Positions 54,573 to 64,000 of a stretch of 64,000 bases of DNA are shown here, in pieces. This DNA comes from an uncultured Candidatus Saccharibacteria bacterium (GTDB taxonomy: Bacteria > Patescibacteriota > Saccharimonadia > Saccharimonadales > JAGQNJ01). Each line of letters begins with the position of its first letter. The stretch's first letter is position 1. The stretch spans positions 80,924 through 144,923 of the forward strand of contig CAZEED010000002.1 of the NCBI GenBank assembly GCA_964510945.1. Reading direction: 5' to 3'. Made by a program: the position numbers and the translations under genes. Under the pieces are notes generated by a model. It was not told where the DNA came from, made no database searches, and saw nothing but the letters and a program-made list of their open reading frames with translations.

Positions 54573-55772
54573 GTGAATTACCGCAACCATGAGTCAAAAT
54601 CTCGCCCGCTTTTAAAGTTTTTGTTATTATTTATCATCGCTCTTACTATAGGGGCATTTGTTAGCTGGTTGATACTAACAAAGCAATCATCCCAAACAGT
54701 AAATACAAAATCTAATCCTATTAACTCTAGCAGTCCGACTGTTTTGTCAGTCAACAGCAGATACCTGTTTAATGGCACGATTTTTTGGGGCAGAGCAATT
54801 GAAAAATGGTCGGAAAATTCAGACGGATCATATGACTACAGCCATCCATTTAGTCTGTTAAAAACGTTCGATAGAGATAAATATGATGCTTGGGTTGCAG
54901 ATCTAGAGTGTCCGGTGCTTGATATCGATATTCCATATCAGGTGCAGGTAGATCAGCTAAAGTTTAATTGTCGCCCAGAATTTTTATCTGAAGCGGTGAA
55001 ATACTTTAACATTATCGATCTTGCTAATAACCACAGTGGAGATCAGGGATTGGATGGTTATAGCAAAACTAAGCAAGCTGTCATAAAAGCCGGCGCCCAG
55101 ACTTTTGGCCATTTTGATCCTTCGCTGACTGACGACACTTGTCAGGTTATTGCTTTGCCAGTTAGGCTAAAACTGTCGGATAAAAAACAAAAAGCTTCAT
55201 CTTTACCGGTGGCATTTTGTGCATGGCATTATTTTTACCGCACACCGGTGCCTGGAGAAATTGAAGTTATGAAAAAATATGCAAAATTGATGCCGGTGTT
55301 TGCTTTTGTGCATATGGGGCAAGAGTATCTGACTAGTGCAACTCCCATACAACAAGATATCGCCCATCAGGTTATTGATGCGGGGGCTGATTTTGTGATT
55401 GCCAATAATCCACATTGGGTACAAAACAGCGAAGTCTATAAGAAAAAACTAATTTTTTATTCGACTGGTAACTTTATCTTCGACCAAATAGACGCAGAGG
55501 GCATGCGTAGTGCTAGTGTTGATTTAAAGATGTCAGTTGATTATGACGATAGTTTACAAAAATGGCTTGATATAGGCGACAAGTGTCAAAAGCATACAAA
55601 TAACTGCTTAGAAATTGTCGCCGGTTTATCAAAGCCTCGTTATAAGTTAAAATTTGATCTTGTTGCTGGAGACAATAGCACGCATGTTACCAAAAAAGGC
55701 GATAAATCACTTCAATCAGCAATTGAAAAACGTGCAAATTGGACACAAACGCTCAGCGAGCTTGGGCAATGA
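54573..55772 (+). CDS. CapA/PgsA-family metallophosphatase-like protein, N-terminally anchored
   Basis: DLANNHSGDQG and HWVQNSE motifs. GTG start. Confidence 0.65.
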   Translation: MNYRNHESKSRPLLKFLLLFIIALTIGAFVSWLILTKQSSQTVNTKSNPINSSSPTVLSVNSRYLFNGTIFWGRAIEKWSENSDGSYDYSHPFSLLKTFDRDKYDAWVADLECPVLDIDIPYQVQVDQLKFNCRPEFLSEAVKYFNIIDLANNHSGDQGLDGYSKTKQAVIKAGAQTFGHFDPSLTDDTCQVIALPVRLKLSDKKQKASSLPVAFCAWHYFYRTPVPGEIEVMKKYAKLMPVFAFVHMGQEYLTSATPIQQDIAHQVIDAGADFVIANNPHWVQNSEVYKKKLIFYSTGNFIFDQIDAEGMRSASVDLKMSVDYDDSLQKWLDIGDKCQKHTNNCLEIVAGLSKPRYKLKFDLVAGDNSTHVTKKGDKSLQSAIEKRANWTQTLSELGQ

Positions 55773-56356
55773 CGCAAAACAAGGATATAATGACCGTTAT
55801 GAAAGATAAGAACGTCCGTCCAACCAAGTTGCTATGGGTAGACTTAGAAATGACTGGTCTCGACCCTAAAAAAGATGTAATTCTAGAGATTGCTGCTGAG
55901 ATAACAGATATGGATTTTAAAACGTTGGCAAGTTATGAGGCGAGGGTAAAACAGCCAAAAGCCATGGTAGTAAAGCGCATGCAGGCGAATAATTGGTGGC
56001 AAAGCTATCCAGAAAATCGCGATAATTTTGTAAATAACCTTGAAAGTGGCAAGCCAATTTTGCTTGTCGAACAAGAATTACTGGCAATCATGGAGCAAAC
56101 TTTTGGCAAGGAAACGGCAATACTGGCTGGCAATTCTATATACAATGATCGTAAATTTATTACTCAATGGATGCCAGCACTAGATTTAAAACTGCATTAT
56201 CGCATGCTAGATGTTAGTGCTTGGAAGATTGTCATGCACGGCAAATTTGGTAAAGCCTTCCAAAAGCCAGAGGTGCATCGTGCCTTTGAAGATATTCAGG
56301 GTTCCATCGCCGAGCTTCAATATTACCTAGATTGGTTCAAGAAGAATGGATCATAA
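55769..56356 (+). CDS. orn: Oligoribonuclease
   Basis: LLWVDLEMTGLDP, AGNSIYNDRKFI, HRAFEDIQGSIAEL. ATG at 55769 overlaps the upstream stop (ATGA). Confidence 0.9.
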   Translation: MTQNKDIMTVMKDKNVRPTKLLWVDLEMTGLDPKKDVILEIAAEITDMDFKTLASYEARVKQPKAMVVKRMQANNWWQSYPENRDNFVNNLESGKPILLVEQELLAIMEQTFGKETAILAGNSIYNDRKFITQWMPALDLKLHYRMLDVSAWKIVMHGKFGKAFQKPEVHRAFEDIQGSIAELQYYLDWFKKNGS

Positions 56357-56699
56357 AAAGCTCGAGGATATAATTTTATCTATGCCTACGGCTTGGCTGG
56401 ACTATCCCTTTGGCAAGGACGTGGCTGTGTATAAAATTGGACCAAAAGATGATGGCAAAATGTTTGCGCTCGTCCCAGAGAATACAGACCCTTTAAAGGT
56501 TAGCCTAAAGTGTGACCCGACGCTAGCAGTTCACCTGCGGGAAAAGTACGAATCCGTCATGCCGGGTTATCATCTCAATAAAAAACACTGGAATACGATC
56601 GTGCTGGCAGGACAATTAACAGATCAGGATATTAAAGATCTTGTAAGGCATTCTTACGAGTTGGTGGCAAAAGTAACTGGTGATATCCCGGGGATGTAG
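56346..56699 (+). CDS. MmcQ/YjbR-family protein
   Basis: LDYPFGKDVAVYKIG ... KMFAL ... HLNKKHWNT matches the family pattern from memory. Confidence 0.65.
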   Translation: MDHKKLEDIILSMPTAWLDYPFGKDVAVYKIGPKDDGKMFALVPENTDPLKVSLKCDPTLAVHLREKYESVMPGYHLNKKHWNTIVLAGQLTDQDIKDLVRHSYELVAKVTGDIPGM

Positions 56700-56706
56700 A
56701 TAACGG

Positions 56707-57360
56707 TTAGCGGACTATGCTTTCAAGCAGGAGTCCGGCATTTTGGTAATAATTTGCCACAGATTGTTTAGCCAGAGGCCCGCTTAATTTTACATTACTA
56801 GTCTTTAAGAAAGCTTGATATTCTTCTAAAGCAGTTTTCATATTACTTGTGAAGACCTCATCAAATCTACCGTTGGTTGCGGCCTGCGAAAGTTCGTTGA
56901 TTACTTTTGCGTCCGGCGCTACAGCATATTCTTTTTGCTTGGCTTTCTTGCCGTTCTTTGTGATTAACGCAATAGTTTGATTTTGGTCGGTTTGCAGGGT
57001 TTGAGAAGTAGCGATTGCCAGATTCTGAGCTTTTACTCCACCACTTTTGTCGGTACCGATTTTAGCCAGTGCAATTATTTGATTTTGTTTTTTTGCAATG
57101 AGCGTTAGTGTCTCAACATCACCACCACCACGACCACCCAAAACTAAACTGAAGACTAATACGAGTACCGTAAAAACAGCTAAACCAATTGCTATCATTT
57201 TTAATTTACTGGACGAACCATTAAATGAAAATTTTGATTTACCCGATGACGTAGGAGCGGGATTATTGATAAAATCATACTGATTAGTGTCCAGAGGTTG
57301 TTGTGGCGGTGGGGGTATTATCGGCACTGGTGGTTGAACTGGTTGTTGACTAGGATCCAT
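56707..57360 (-). CDS. Hypothetical membrane-anchored protein with a Pro/Gln-rich N-terminus
   Basis: 217 aa, one TM (MIAIGLAVFTVLVLVFSLVLGG). Confidence 0.55.
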   Translation of the reverse strand: MDPSQQPVQPPVPIIPPPPQQPLDTNQYDFINNPAPTSSGKSKFSFNGSSSKLKMIAIGLAVFTVLVLVFSLVLGGRGGGDVETLTLIAKKQNQIIALAKIGTDKSGGVKAQNLAIATSQTLQTDQNQTIALITKNGKKAKQKEYAVAPDAKVINELSQAATNGRFDEVFTSNMKTALEEYQAFLKTSNVKLSGPLAKQSVANYYQNAGLLLESIVR

Positions 57361-57483
57361 GGGTTATATTTAAGCATAAGAGACTTACAGATACCAGAAT
57401 TAGGTTTAATGTGCCAATGTGATTCTATACCCTAAGCAATGTTAATGCTTTCAGCTTTCAGCACTTAGCTATAAGCTATATAT

Positions 57484-59220
57484 ATGGATGCGGTAGAGGA
57501 TGTTAAACAGAGACTGGGTATTGAAGACGTTATTGGCGAATATATTGAGTTAAAACGGGCGGGGCGTAACCTAAAAGGCCTTAGCCCTTTTAGTAATGAA
57601 AAGACGGCTAGTTTTATGGTTAGTCCTGAAAAACAGATCTGGCACGATTTTAGTAGTGGTAAGGGTGGCAATATGTTTAGCTTTGTCATGGAGATGGAGG
57701 GGGTGGACTTTAAGGGCGCGCTAGAGATTCTTGCACGTAAGGCTGGCGTTGATTTGAGCAAATACCGCAGTGGAGACTATGCTAATCGAACCAAACAAAA
57801 AGATAGACTATATCAGTGCCTAGAGACAGCCACGAAGTTTTATCAACTGCAGTTTTCAAAAAACAAGACTGCCTTAGAATATATATTAAAAAAGCGGGCC
57901 TACACCAAAGAAACTGCCTTGAAGTTTAAAATTGGTTACTCGCCCAACACTGGTGATGCGCTAACTAAGTACCTAAGGGGTAAAAAGTTTAGTGATAAAG
58001 AGATAATCAGTGCTGGATTGGCTACAGATAGATATAGTCGAGTCTCTGACATGTTTCGCGGTCGGATTATGGTGCCACTCTGCGATGGTCAAGGGCGAGT
58101 GATTGGCTTTACAGCCCGATTATTAGCTGACGATGATAGCGGCCCAAAATATATTAATACGGCGCAAACAGTGCTTTATGATAAAGGCCGCAATGTTTTT
58201 GGACTACATCTTGCTAAAGATCAGATTAGAACAGATGGTTTTGTGGTCGTAGCAGAAGGGAACCTAGACGTTATCGCTTCCCACCAAGCTGGAATAGCTA
58301 ATGTGGTAGCGAGCGCTGGCACAGCCATGACCGAGATGCACTTAAAAGAGTTAGCTAGATTTACAGACGATGTGCGGTTAGCCTTTGATCAGGATAAGGC
58401 AGGGTTGAACGCCATGGAGCGAGTTATACCACTGGCGAGTAAAACTAATATAAATCTAAGTATAATTACGATTCCTGACGGTAAAGACCCTGACGAGTTA
58501 ATCAAAAAGGATCCTAAAGTGTGGCGAGAAGTGATTAATTCTTACGATTATGCGCTGGACTGGTTAATAAATCAGTACAGAGCTAAGAATGATCCTAGCT
58601 CGGCGCGTGGTAAAAAAGCCATTACTGATGCTATTTTGCCGGTTATCAATCAACTCACTGATTCGGTCGAACAAGATCATTATTTGACTCGGTTGGCTGA
58701 AATTGTTCAAGTCGATAAAAGTGCTTTGAACAAAAAATTTACACATACCAAAAAAGACATCGATAAATCGGTGCGCTACAAAAAAGTTGAGGTCGAGAAA
58801 GTGACCTCACAGCAAGCCGACAATACAAAATCACAGAACCAGCTATTAGCACTATGTCTAAAACATGTAGAGTTTCGTAATTTGTTAGAGAGTTTGGCCG
58901 TTGAAATGTTTAGTAGCGAGCCTGCTAGAGTTCTTTATGCTCGTCTTCTGGGGAGCGATAAGGCGTCAGAGCGGTTGCGAGAAAACGATGATTATGGTAA
59001 AATCCTGGAAGTACTTTATGAGGAACTCTATTCCAACCTCGAGTTTGTAGAGCTTCAATACGAAGCCACTCGATTGCAGGTCCACGTGATAGAGAATTAT
59101 GTCAAAAATCAAAAACATCAGTTAGCTCAGCAAATGAGGGAAGCGGATGAATCTGGACAAAACAAATTAATCGAGAGAGACCAAGAACTTAATCAAATGT
59201 TAAAGCGCACAAGGGGATAA
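57484..59220 (+). CDS. dnaG: DNA primase DnaG with a degenerate zinc-binding motif
   Basis: The N-terminus aligns to the CHC2 zinc finger, but the expected ligand positions read LSPFSNEKTASF...WHDFSSGKGG, i.e. S, S, D, S. TOPRIM motifs VVVAEGNLDVIA and AFDQDKAGLNA are present. Confidence 0.9.
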   Translation: MDAVEDVKQRLGIEDVIGEYIELKRAGRNLKGLSPFSNEKTASFMVSPEKQIWHDFSSGKGGNMFSFVMEMEGVDFKGALEILARKAGVDLSKYRSGDYANRTKQKDRLYQCLETATKFYQLQFSKNKTALEYILKKRAYTKETALKFKIGYSPNTGDALTKYLRGKKFSDKEIISAGLATDRYSRVSDMFRGRIMVPLCDGQGRVIGFTARLLADDDSGPKYINTAQTVLYDKGRNVFGLHLAKDQIRTDGFVVVAEGNLDVIASHQAGIANVVASAGTAMTEMHLKELARFTDDVRLAFDQDKAGLNAMERVIPLASKTNINLSIITIPDGKDPDELIKKDPKVWREVINSYDYALDWLINQYRAKNDPSSARGKKAITDAILPVINQLTDSVEQDHYLTRLAEIVQVDKSALNKKFTHTKKDIDKSVRYKKVEVEKVTSQQADNTKSQNQLLALCLKHVEFRNLLESLAVEMFSSEPARVLYARLLGSDKASERLRENDDYGKILEVLYEELYSNLEFVELQYEATRLQVHVIENYVKNQKHQLAQQMREADESGQNKLIERDQELNQMLKRTRG

Positions 59221-59229
59221 TTTATTATT

Positions 59230-60354
59230 ATGGCGAAGAAAAAAAAGAAGTTGACTTCAAAAGAGATCGAGTCAGCCAAGAAAAAGTTGTTAAAAAAAGC
59301 AGAAAAAGAAGAAAAAAAGCTCGAACAACGCGAGATCTTTAAGCTTATTCCAGATACTCCAGATAACATTGTTACACTAGAAAAATTTTATAAAGAACTA
59401 GATAAGGCAGAGATAGAGATTATCGAGGCGACCGAACCTAATGTCGAAGACTTTACCGACGAGTGGGTTGAAGAAGAGGAAGAAGAGAAGATCAAGGTTG
59501 AAGATAAGGTATTTCTTGATGATATTGCTGATGACTCCGTCCGACTTTATCTGCGAGAGATCGGGAAAATCCCACTTCTGAAACCTGACGAAGAACTAAA
59601 ATTAGCGTATGAAGTAGTGAATGGTAAAAAAGGCGCTAAAGACAAAATGGCTGAGGCAAACATGCGTCTTGTGGTGTCAATTGCCAAGCGATATGTCGGA
59701 CGCGGGTTGGACCTACTCGACCTGATTCAAGAGGGTAATACCGGATTACTTCGTGCTGTAGAAAAGTTTGATCCAGACAAAGGTTTTAAATTCAGTACTT
59801 ATGCAACATGGTGGATTAGACAAGCTATAACCCGTGCTATTGCCGATCAAGCTCGGACTATTCGTATTCCCGTACATATGGTTGAGACAATCAATAAATT
59901 ACTTCGTACGCAACGTCGATTAACTCAAGAGCTAAATCGAGAACCAACTAACGAAGAGATTGCTAAAGAGATGGAAATTGATGTCGAAAAAGTTGAACAC
60001 ATCATGAAGATTAAACAAGATATTTCTAGTCTAGATGCTAGTGTGCGTGAGGATGAAGAAGACAGCGTGCTGGGGGACTTTATTGAAGACGAAGATACCG
60101 TAACACCAGAAGAATCGGCCACGGGTTCCCTCCTAAAAGAACACGTCAAAATTATGCTAAGCGCCTTATCTGATAGAGAACAAAAGATATTAAAATTACG
60201 ATTCGGTCTAGAAGATGGACGATCGCATACACTGGAAGAAGTTGGTCAAGAATTCAACGTTACGCGTGAGCGTATTCGACAGATTGAAGCCAAAGCGCTT
60301 GCAAAACTTCGCAAACATAAAGATAGCCGCAAACTTCACGATTATATAAAATAG
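59230..60354 (+). CDS. rpoD: RNA polymerase sigma factor RpoD (sigma-70)
   Basis: [27 protein letters not shown] (region 2), [23 protein letters not shown] (region 4), K/E-rich N-terminus. Confidence 0.95.
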   Translation: MAKKKKKLTSKEIESAKKKLLKKAEKEEKKLEQREIFKLIPDTPDNIVTLEKFYKELDKAEIEIIEATEPNVEDFTDEWVEEEEEEKIKVEDKVFLDDIADDSVRLYLREIGKIPLLKPDEELKLAYEVVNGKKGAKDKMAEANMRLVVSIAKRYVGRGLDLLDLIQEGNTGLLRAVEKFDPDKGFKFSTYATWWIRQAITRAIADQARTIRIPVHMVETINKLLRTQRRLTQELNREPTNEEIAKEMEIDVEKVEHIMKIKQDISSLDASVREDEEDSVLGDFIEDEDTVTPEESATGSLLKEHVKIMLSALSDREQKILKLRFGLEDGRSHTLEEVGQEFNVTRERIRQIEAKALAKLRKHKDSRKLHDYIK

Positions 60355-60602
60355 TTTTTTCCAAAAACAAAAAACTTGTTACTTTTGTTTTGTCAAAAGT
60401 AACCAAAACCAGTGGGCTATCCATTTGTCTTGATGTATATTCTTGTCAAGCCACACAACAGCTTGCGGAACTCGTCGATAAATCTCCTCAAACAGTCCTC
60501 AGCTTTTTTGTTGTGTGTTTGACGAATATCCTCAGGACAAGCCGGACGCCCAACAAACGCAAACTACATAATAATCGAAGTTTATTTGTTAATATATAGC
60601 CT

Positions 60603-61190
60603 ATGAAGATAGTTGGGATTTCTGGAACTAACGGTAGCGGAAAGGATACTGTATCAAAAATGTTAGCTGAAAAATACGGCTATTTGTTTGCAGATGCTTC
60701 GGCAATGTTAGTTGCGGAGCTTAATCAGAGAGGTTTGCCAATCGATCGAGCAAACAAAGCAAAACTTAGCGCTGAGTGGCGAAGAGAGTTTGGTATGGGT
60801 GCGATAGTTGATAAGGCTGTTGAAATGTTCAATAAATCTAGTAAAGCATATGCTGGCCTAGTAGTTGGTAGTCTTCGTCATCCTGGTGAAGTAGATAGCG
60901 TACACCAATTGAGCGGTGAAGTTGTATGGGTAGATGCTGATCCGCGCGTTAGATATGATCGAATACAAAAAAATCTTCACGAACGTCAAACAACTCACGC
61001 TGAGGAAGGAAAAAGTTTTGAGGAATTTTTAGCAGAACAAGAGCGGGAGATGACGCCTGTAGGTGACTCGGCTACCCTTAATATGAGTGCAGTTAAGGAA
61101 AAAGCTGATATATTCCTAGAAAATGACGGAAATGATGTTAAGACATTTAGAAATGAGGCCGAAAAAGCCTTAATAAAGTACTTGACATAA
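60603..61190 (+). CDS. P-loop nucleotide/nucleoside kinase-like protein (dNMP kinase / CoaE-like)
   Basis: MKIVGISGTNGSGKDTVSKML. Size and layout match small P-loop kinases. Confidence 0.55.
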   Translation: MKIVGISGTNGSGKDTVSKMLAEKYGYLFADASAMLVAELNQRGLPIDRANKAKLSAEWRREFGMGAIVDKAVEMFNKSSKAYAGLVVGSLRHPGEVDSVHQLSGEVVWVDADPRVRYDRIQKNLHERQTTHAEEGKSFEEFLAEQEREMTPVGDSATLNMSAVKEKADIFLENDGNDVKTFRNEAEKALIKYLT

Positions 61191-61286
61191 TCATAGATAT
61201 GTAGTATTTTAAAAGAGGTTTCGAAAAACCGACAACCCCCTCTAACAACAAAAGAGGAGGTTTTTTTATGCCAAAAGAACAATGCT

Positions 61287-61309
61287 AGCCGATATCTTCG
61301 GCTTTTTTT
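61287..61309 (+). terminator. Rho-independent terminator
   Basis: AGCCGA-tatct-TCGGCT followed by TTTTTT. A second weaker hairpin plus T-run lies at 61233-61267. Confidence 0.8.
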
Positions 61310-61355
61310 ATAGCCGAAATCATAAGTATATCAATTTAGATAAGGACCAATAATT

Positions 61356-62147
61356 ATGGAAAAAGATCAAAATATAGAACTTGCAAACGGAGGCATTTTA
61401 CTGCGAGAAGCAGGACTTAGAACGAGTGAGCCAAGTATCGAGGATCTCGATGATATTAGCTTAATATGGGGTGCGGCGCTTTACCGGATTCGAAACAACT
61501 CAGTTAAGGATGGGCTAGGAAATGATAGAGCTTGGCTTAAAGGGCGAGACATTTCAACAGAACCACCTTATTCAACTGATCCAGAAACGATAAGTTTGAC
61601 TCAAGATTACGATGGGGCCTGGCGTGATACCTACAGAACCTTGACAATTTCACCCACAAGTCCAATATCGTTTCGTTTTCAAAACATACATTGGAATGGC
61701 GATGAAGAATTAGATCAGGATATTACCTGGTCTTCTGAAGAAGAGGAGACGCTCGCGCAGGTTAAGGCGTTTGCCAACCGGTTAAGAGAAGATCCTGAAA
61801 CAATGGTAGACGATAGCGTATTTAAGCTAAGGTCTGAAAGCGAACAACCGGTCTTTGGGCAGACTGAAGCGGGAATAGAAATAAAAACCCAAGTACTGGA
61901 TTGGCTAAACGGAGCAACTACCATAGCTTTGTCCGAGTATCTATGGCTGGAGAAAGAAGTCGATAGCATAATTGGGGAAATGGGGGAATCGCTTGCCGAT
62001 ATGAAACCGACTAAGGCTCAGAAAAAAATAATAAAGAATCTACTAAAAAGACTTCACCCAGATGTTAATACTGGGGGTGACGAACTCTTCAAGAAGGTGT
62101 CAGAACATAGAGATAAGACAGATTGGAGAAAAAAGGATGAACAATAA
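61356..62147 (+). CDS. Hypothetical acidic protein with a C-terminal J-domain-like HPD segment
   Basis: KAQKKIIKNLLKRLHPDVNTGGDELFKKVSEH resembles J-domain helix II, the HPD loop and helix III. The rest is unassigned. Confidence 0.5.
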   Translation: MEKDQNIELANGGILLREAGLRTSEPSIEDLDDISLIWGAALYRIRNNSVKDGLGNDRAWLKGRDISTEPPYSTDPETISLTQDYDGAWRDTYRTLTISPTSPISFRFQNIHWNGDEELDQDITWSSEEEETLAQVKAFANRLREDPETMVDDSVFKLRSESEQPVFGQTEAGIEIKTQVLDWLNGATTIALSEYLWLEKEVDSIIGEMGESLADMKPTKAQKKIIKNLLKRLHPDVNTGGDELFKKVSEHRDKTDWRKKDEQ

Positions 62148-62775
62148 TATCCCGAAAGTCGTACTAACTGGTGGTCCATGCGCCGGAAAGTCTACGATTC
62201 TAAGTCGCATTCAGGAGTCGTTTCCAGAACAGGTAGAAACGGTCCCAGAGGCAGCAAATATGTTAATAGGTGGTGGCTTTCCATTGCCGAGCGATTCGCT
62301 ACCTTATAGCGAGAGGTGGCAGATGACTTTGCAGGACCCATTGTTTACCTTGCAACAATCATTGGAAGCCAATCATTCCGAGATTGCCACGCGTACTAAT
62401 AAACAACTACTGGTATGCGACCGCGGGCTACTGGATCAAGTGGCATACTTTAGGGGAGGGGTTAGCGAGTTTTTAGAACGCTATAAAGTTAGCGATGTCG
62501 GCGAGATAATTGGTCGATACAGTCTGGTTATACATCTAGCCTCGGTTGCGCTACTTGGCGAAAGCGCCTACCAACAAGCTTCATCTGCCCAAGAAAGAGT
62601 TGAAGACACTGTAGAGCAAGTTAGGGAAGCCGAGCAAAAAACGCTTGAAGCTTGGTCGTTGCACCCAAATCTCGTGACGATCGAACCGAATGATGATTTT
62701 CAGACGAAAGTTAAGGACGTGTTAAAGATAATAGATGAACAATTACGCGATATAGATCAAGGAGGTCAAGAATGA
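62137..62775 (+). CDS. P-loop ATPase/kinase (AAA_28 / NadR-like or dNK-like)
   Basis: ATG at 62137 (MNNNIPKVVLTGGPCAGKSTILSRI) is preferred over the track start at 62062. Walker B-like LLVCDRGLLDQVAYF. Confidence 0.65.
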   Translation: MNNNIPKVVLTGGPCAGKSTILSRIQESFPEQVETVPEAANMLIGGGFPLPSDSLPYSERWQMTLQDPLFTLQQSLEANHSEIATRTNKQLLVCDRGLLDQVAYFRGGVSEFLERYKVSDVGEIIGRYSLVIHLASVALLGESAYQQASSAQERVEDTVEQVREAEQKTLEAWSLHPNLVTIEPNDDFQTKVKDVLKIIDEQLRDIDQGGQE

Positions 62776-63611
62776 GTTGTGGTGGTCTATCAGGGGGATA
62801 TGGGCAAGGACAGAGTGTTAAAGTGGCGACTGTAGAAGCTATTCCAATTTATCCAGAGCTAGAGCCAATGCCATCGCCTAATAAGGGGATTGAAGCATTG
62901 CGAACGGCTCACGAGCTACTCGCGCAAACAGGACTTGTTGGATATTTGATAGGCGGAGTAGCGGAGGAAATGCAACTTAAAACTCATGATATACGCGATG
63001 AATATCTAACAGACCATAAAGATATAGATATATTGTTAGCCGAGGATTATAAGTGGCCCGAGAAACTATGGCAGTACGGAATTGACTGGTGGAAGATCAG
63101 AAGAGACGGCTCGATTGGCCGCGCGGGCCAATCAGTACCGTATGATGTGTTTTTGAAAATTCCACGATTTGATTTTAGCGTTAATAGCGAACATGAGTGG
63201 GCAGGTCTAGAGTCCGGTTTGTATCTACCGGATGCAGATGAAACTAGGGCCAAATGTTTGCTTGAAACCGCTAGTAAATTAGCGCGAATGCAAGAACCTA
63301 TTGAGTTATTAGATAATACGTACTTGGAATTTGAAGAAGACCTAACGACAAATTACAATATCAAATTTCGTGGACCTATTGGAGAAGATATTGATTATGA
63401 CAAAGAAGAGTATTGGACTGACTGGATTGAGCAAAGATCTTTGATTTACAGAGACGACTATGATTATTCTGCTGAGCCAATATTCAAAATAGTTCCACCT
63501 CCTGTACCTGAGAGTATGGAGCATCAAATAAAAACAGGGTCAATTCTACGCCAATCAAGAATAGAACGGATAAGAAAGTTGGGTAATCGATTGATAGACC
63601 AAAAATTTTGA
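62772..63611 (+). CDS. Hypothetical protein with a nucleotidyltransferase-fold-like motif
   Basis: GLVGYLIGGVAEEMQLKTHDIRDEYLTDHKDIDILLAED resembles the G-G ... H-x-D-I-D-I pattern of Lnu/ANT-type pol-beta-fold nucleotidyltransferases. ATGA overlap with the upstream gene. Confidence 0.45.
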   Translation: MSCGGLSGGYGQGQSVKVATVEAIPIYPELEPMPSPNKGIEALRTAHELLAQTGLVGYLIGGVAEEMQLKTHDIRDEYLTDHKDIDILLAEDYKWPEKLWQYGIDWWKIRRDGSIGRAGQSVPYDVFLKIPRFDFSVNSEHEWAGLESGLYLPDADETRAKCLLETASKLARMQEPIELLDNTYLEFEEDLTTNYNIKFRGPIGEDIDYDKEEYWTDWIEQRSLIYRDDYDYSAEPIFKIVPPPVPESMEHQIKTGSILRQSRIERIRKLGNRLIDQKF

Positions 63612-63653
63612 GCACATAGCCAATCATATCAGCCTGCCGTATACTAGTAATGT

Positions 63654-64000
63654 ATGGTTGAGGAGGAAAAAGGCGAGCGTAAGCGACTGGTGATAATCGA
63701 CGGCAAGAGCGTATTTTATCGCGGTTATTATGCTATGCCAAACTTGAGCACAAAAGACGGTGTTCCGACAGGCGGTGTGTTTGGATTTGCCAGCATGGCA
63801 CTCGAAGTTATGCGTAAACTAAAGCCAGACTACGTATGTGTAGCGTGGGATAAACAAAAAACAAATATCCGAAAACGTGTAGAGTTGTATCCAGAATACA
63901 AAGCTGGTCGCAAACCAGCACCGCCGGATTTTTACGATCAAATACCCCTACTGCACGACCTGCTAGAAGCTTTTGGCTGGCCACTTTACGAGTTAGATGA
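63654..64000 (+). CDS. polA: DNA polymerase I, N-terminal 5-prime-3-prime exonuclease domain (partial; runs off the window end)
   Basis: Manual translation MVEEEKGERKRLVIIDGKSVFYRGYYAMPNLSTKDGVPTGGVFGFASMALEVMRKLKPDYVCVAWDK...YKAGRKP matches the PolA/FEN N-terminal pattern. Confidence 0.9.
   Translation, partial: MVEEEKGERKRLVIIDGKSVFYRGYYAMPNLSTKDGVPTGGVFGFASMALEVMRKLKPDYVCVAWDKQKTNIRKRVELYPEYKAGRKPAPPDFYDQIPLLHDLLEAFGWPLYELD

Noticed and set aside
60390-60599. A 69-aa ORF in the rpoD-kinase intergenic region.
   Set aside because: It has no SD or -10-spaced start, and its Cys/Ser/Thr-rich composition is unlike neighbouring proteins. The region is better explained by RNA-type hairpins.
1-64000. 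Alternative genetic code (UGA recoded, as in some CPR lineages).
   Set aside because: TGA terminates several well-defined genes, for example at the ATGA overlaps at 13051, 13428, 55769 and 62772. Long conserved genes (valS, argS, groEL) are uninterrupted under the standard code.

Overview
Gene-dense window using the standard bacterial code (TGA is a stop, and ATGA start/stop overlaps are common). No rRNA, CRISPR array, transposase or integrase was recognised. By inference only, the gene content resembles a reduced Candidate Phyla Radiation (Saccharibacteria-like) genome: a Gram-positive-type type IV secretion (T4SS)-like locus, many small two-helix pilins, a type IV pilin-like protein, many orphan acidic or low-complexity membrane-anchored proteins, and a CDP-archaeol-synthase-like gene. 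Layout: (i) 1-15.2 kb holds a divergent T4SS-like locus with a VirB4 ATPase plus a separately encoded N-domain-like ORF, a PrgI-like protein, a VirB6-like protein, two secreted paralogs with near-identical 3-prime ends, and six tandem VirB2/TrbC-like pilin paralogs. (ii) 15.3-18.2 kb and 25.7-26.2 kb hold hsp20, comFC, a cupredoxin and four tRNAs (three Ser, one Arg). These tRNAs are embedded in an unusual set of about 110-130 nt structured repeats, duplicated tRNA 3-prime ends and a split tRNA-Arg-like gene. (iii) The rest is mostly housekeeping: valS, tsaD, murE, groES/groEL with a CIRCE operator, argS, gdh, mscL, an OmpR-type two-component system, msrB, orn, dnaG, rpoD and the start of polA. 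Interspersed are small candidate modules: an EndoU-like protein plus a small ORF, a lipid head-group operon with a CarS-like gene, and a J-like/P-loop kinase/nucleotidyltransferase-like trio. The most interesting signals are the tRNA-linked structured repeat family and split tRNA-Arg, and the chimeric paralog and pilin arrays of the T4SS-like locus. All functional calls rest on motif recognition by eye. No database search was run.
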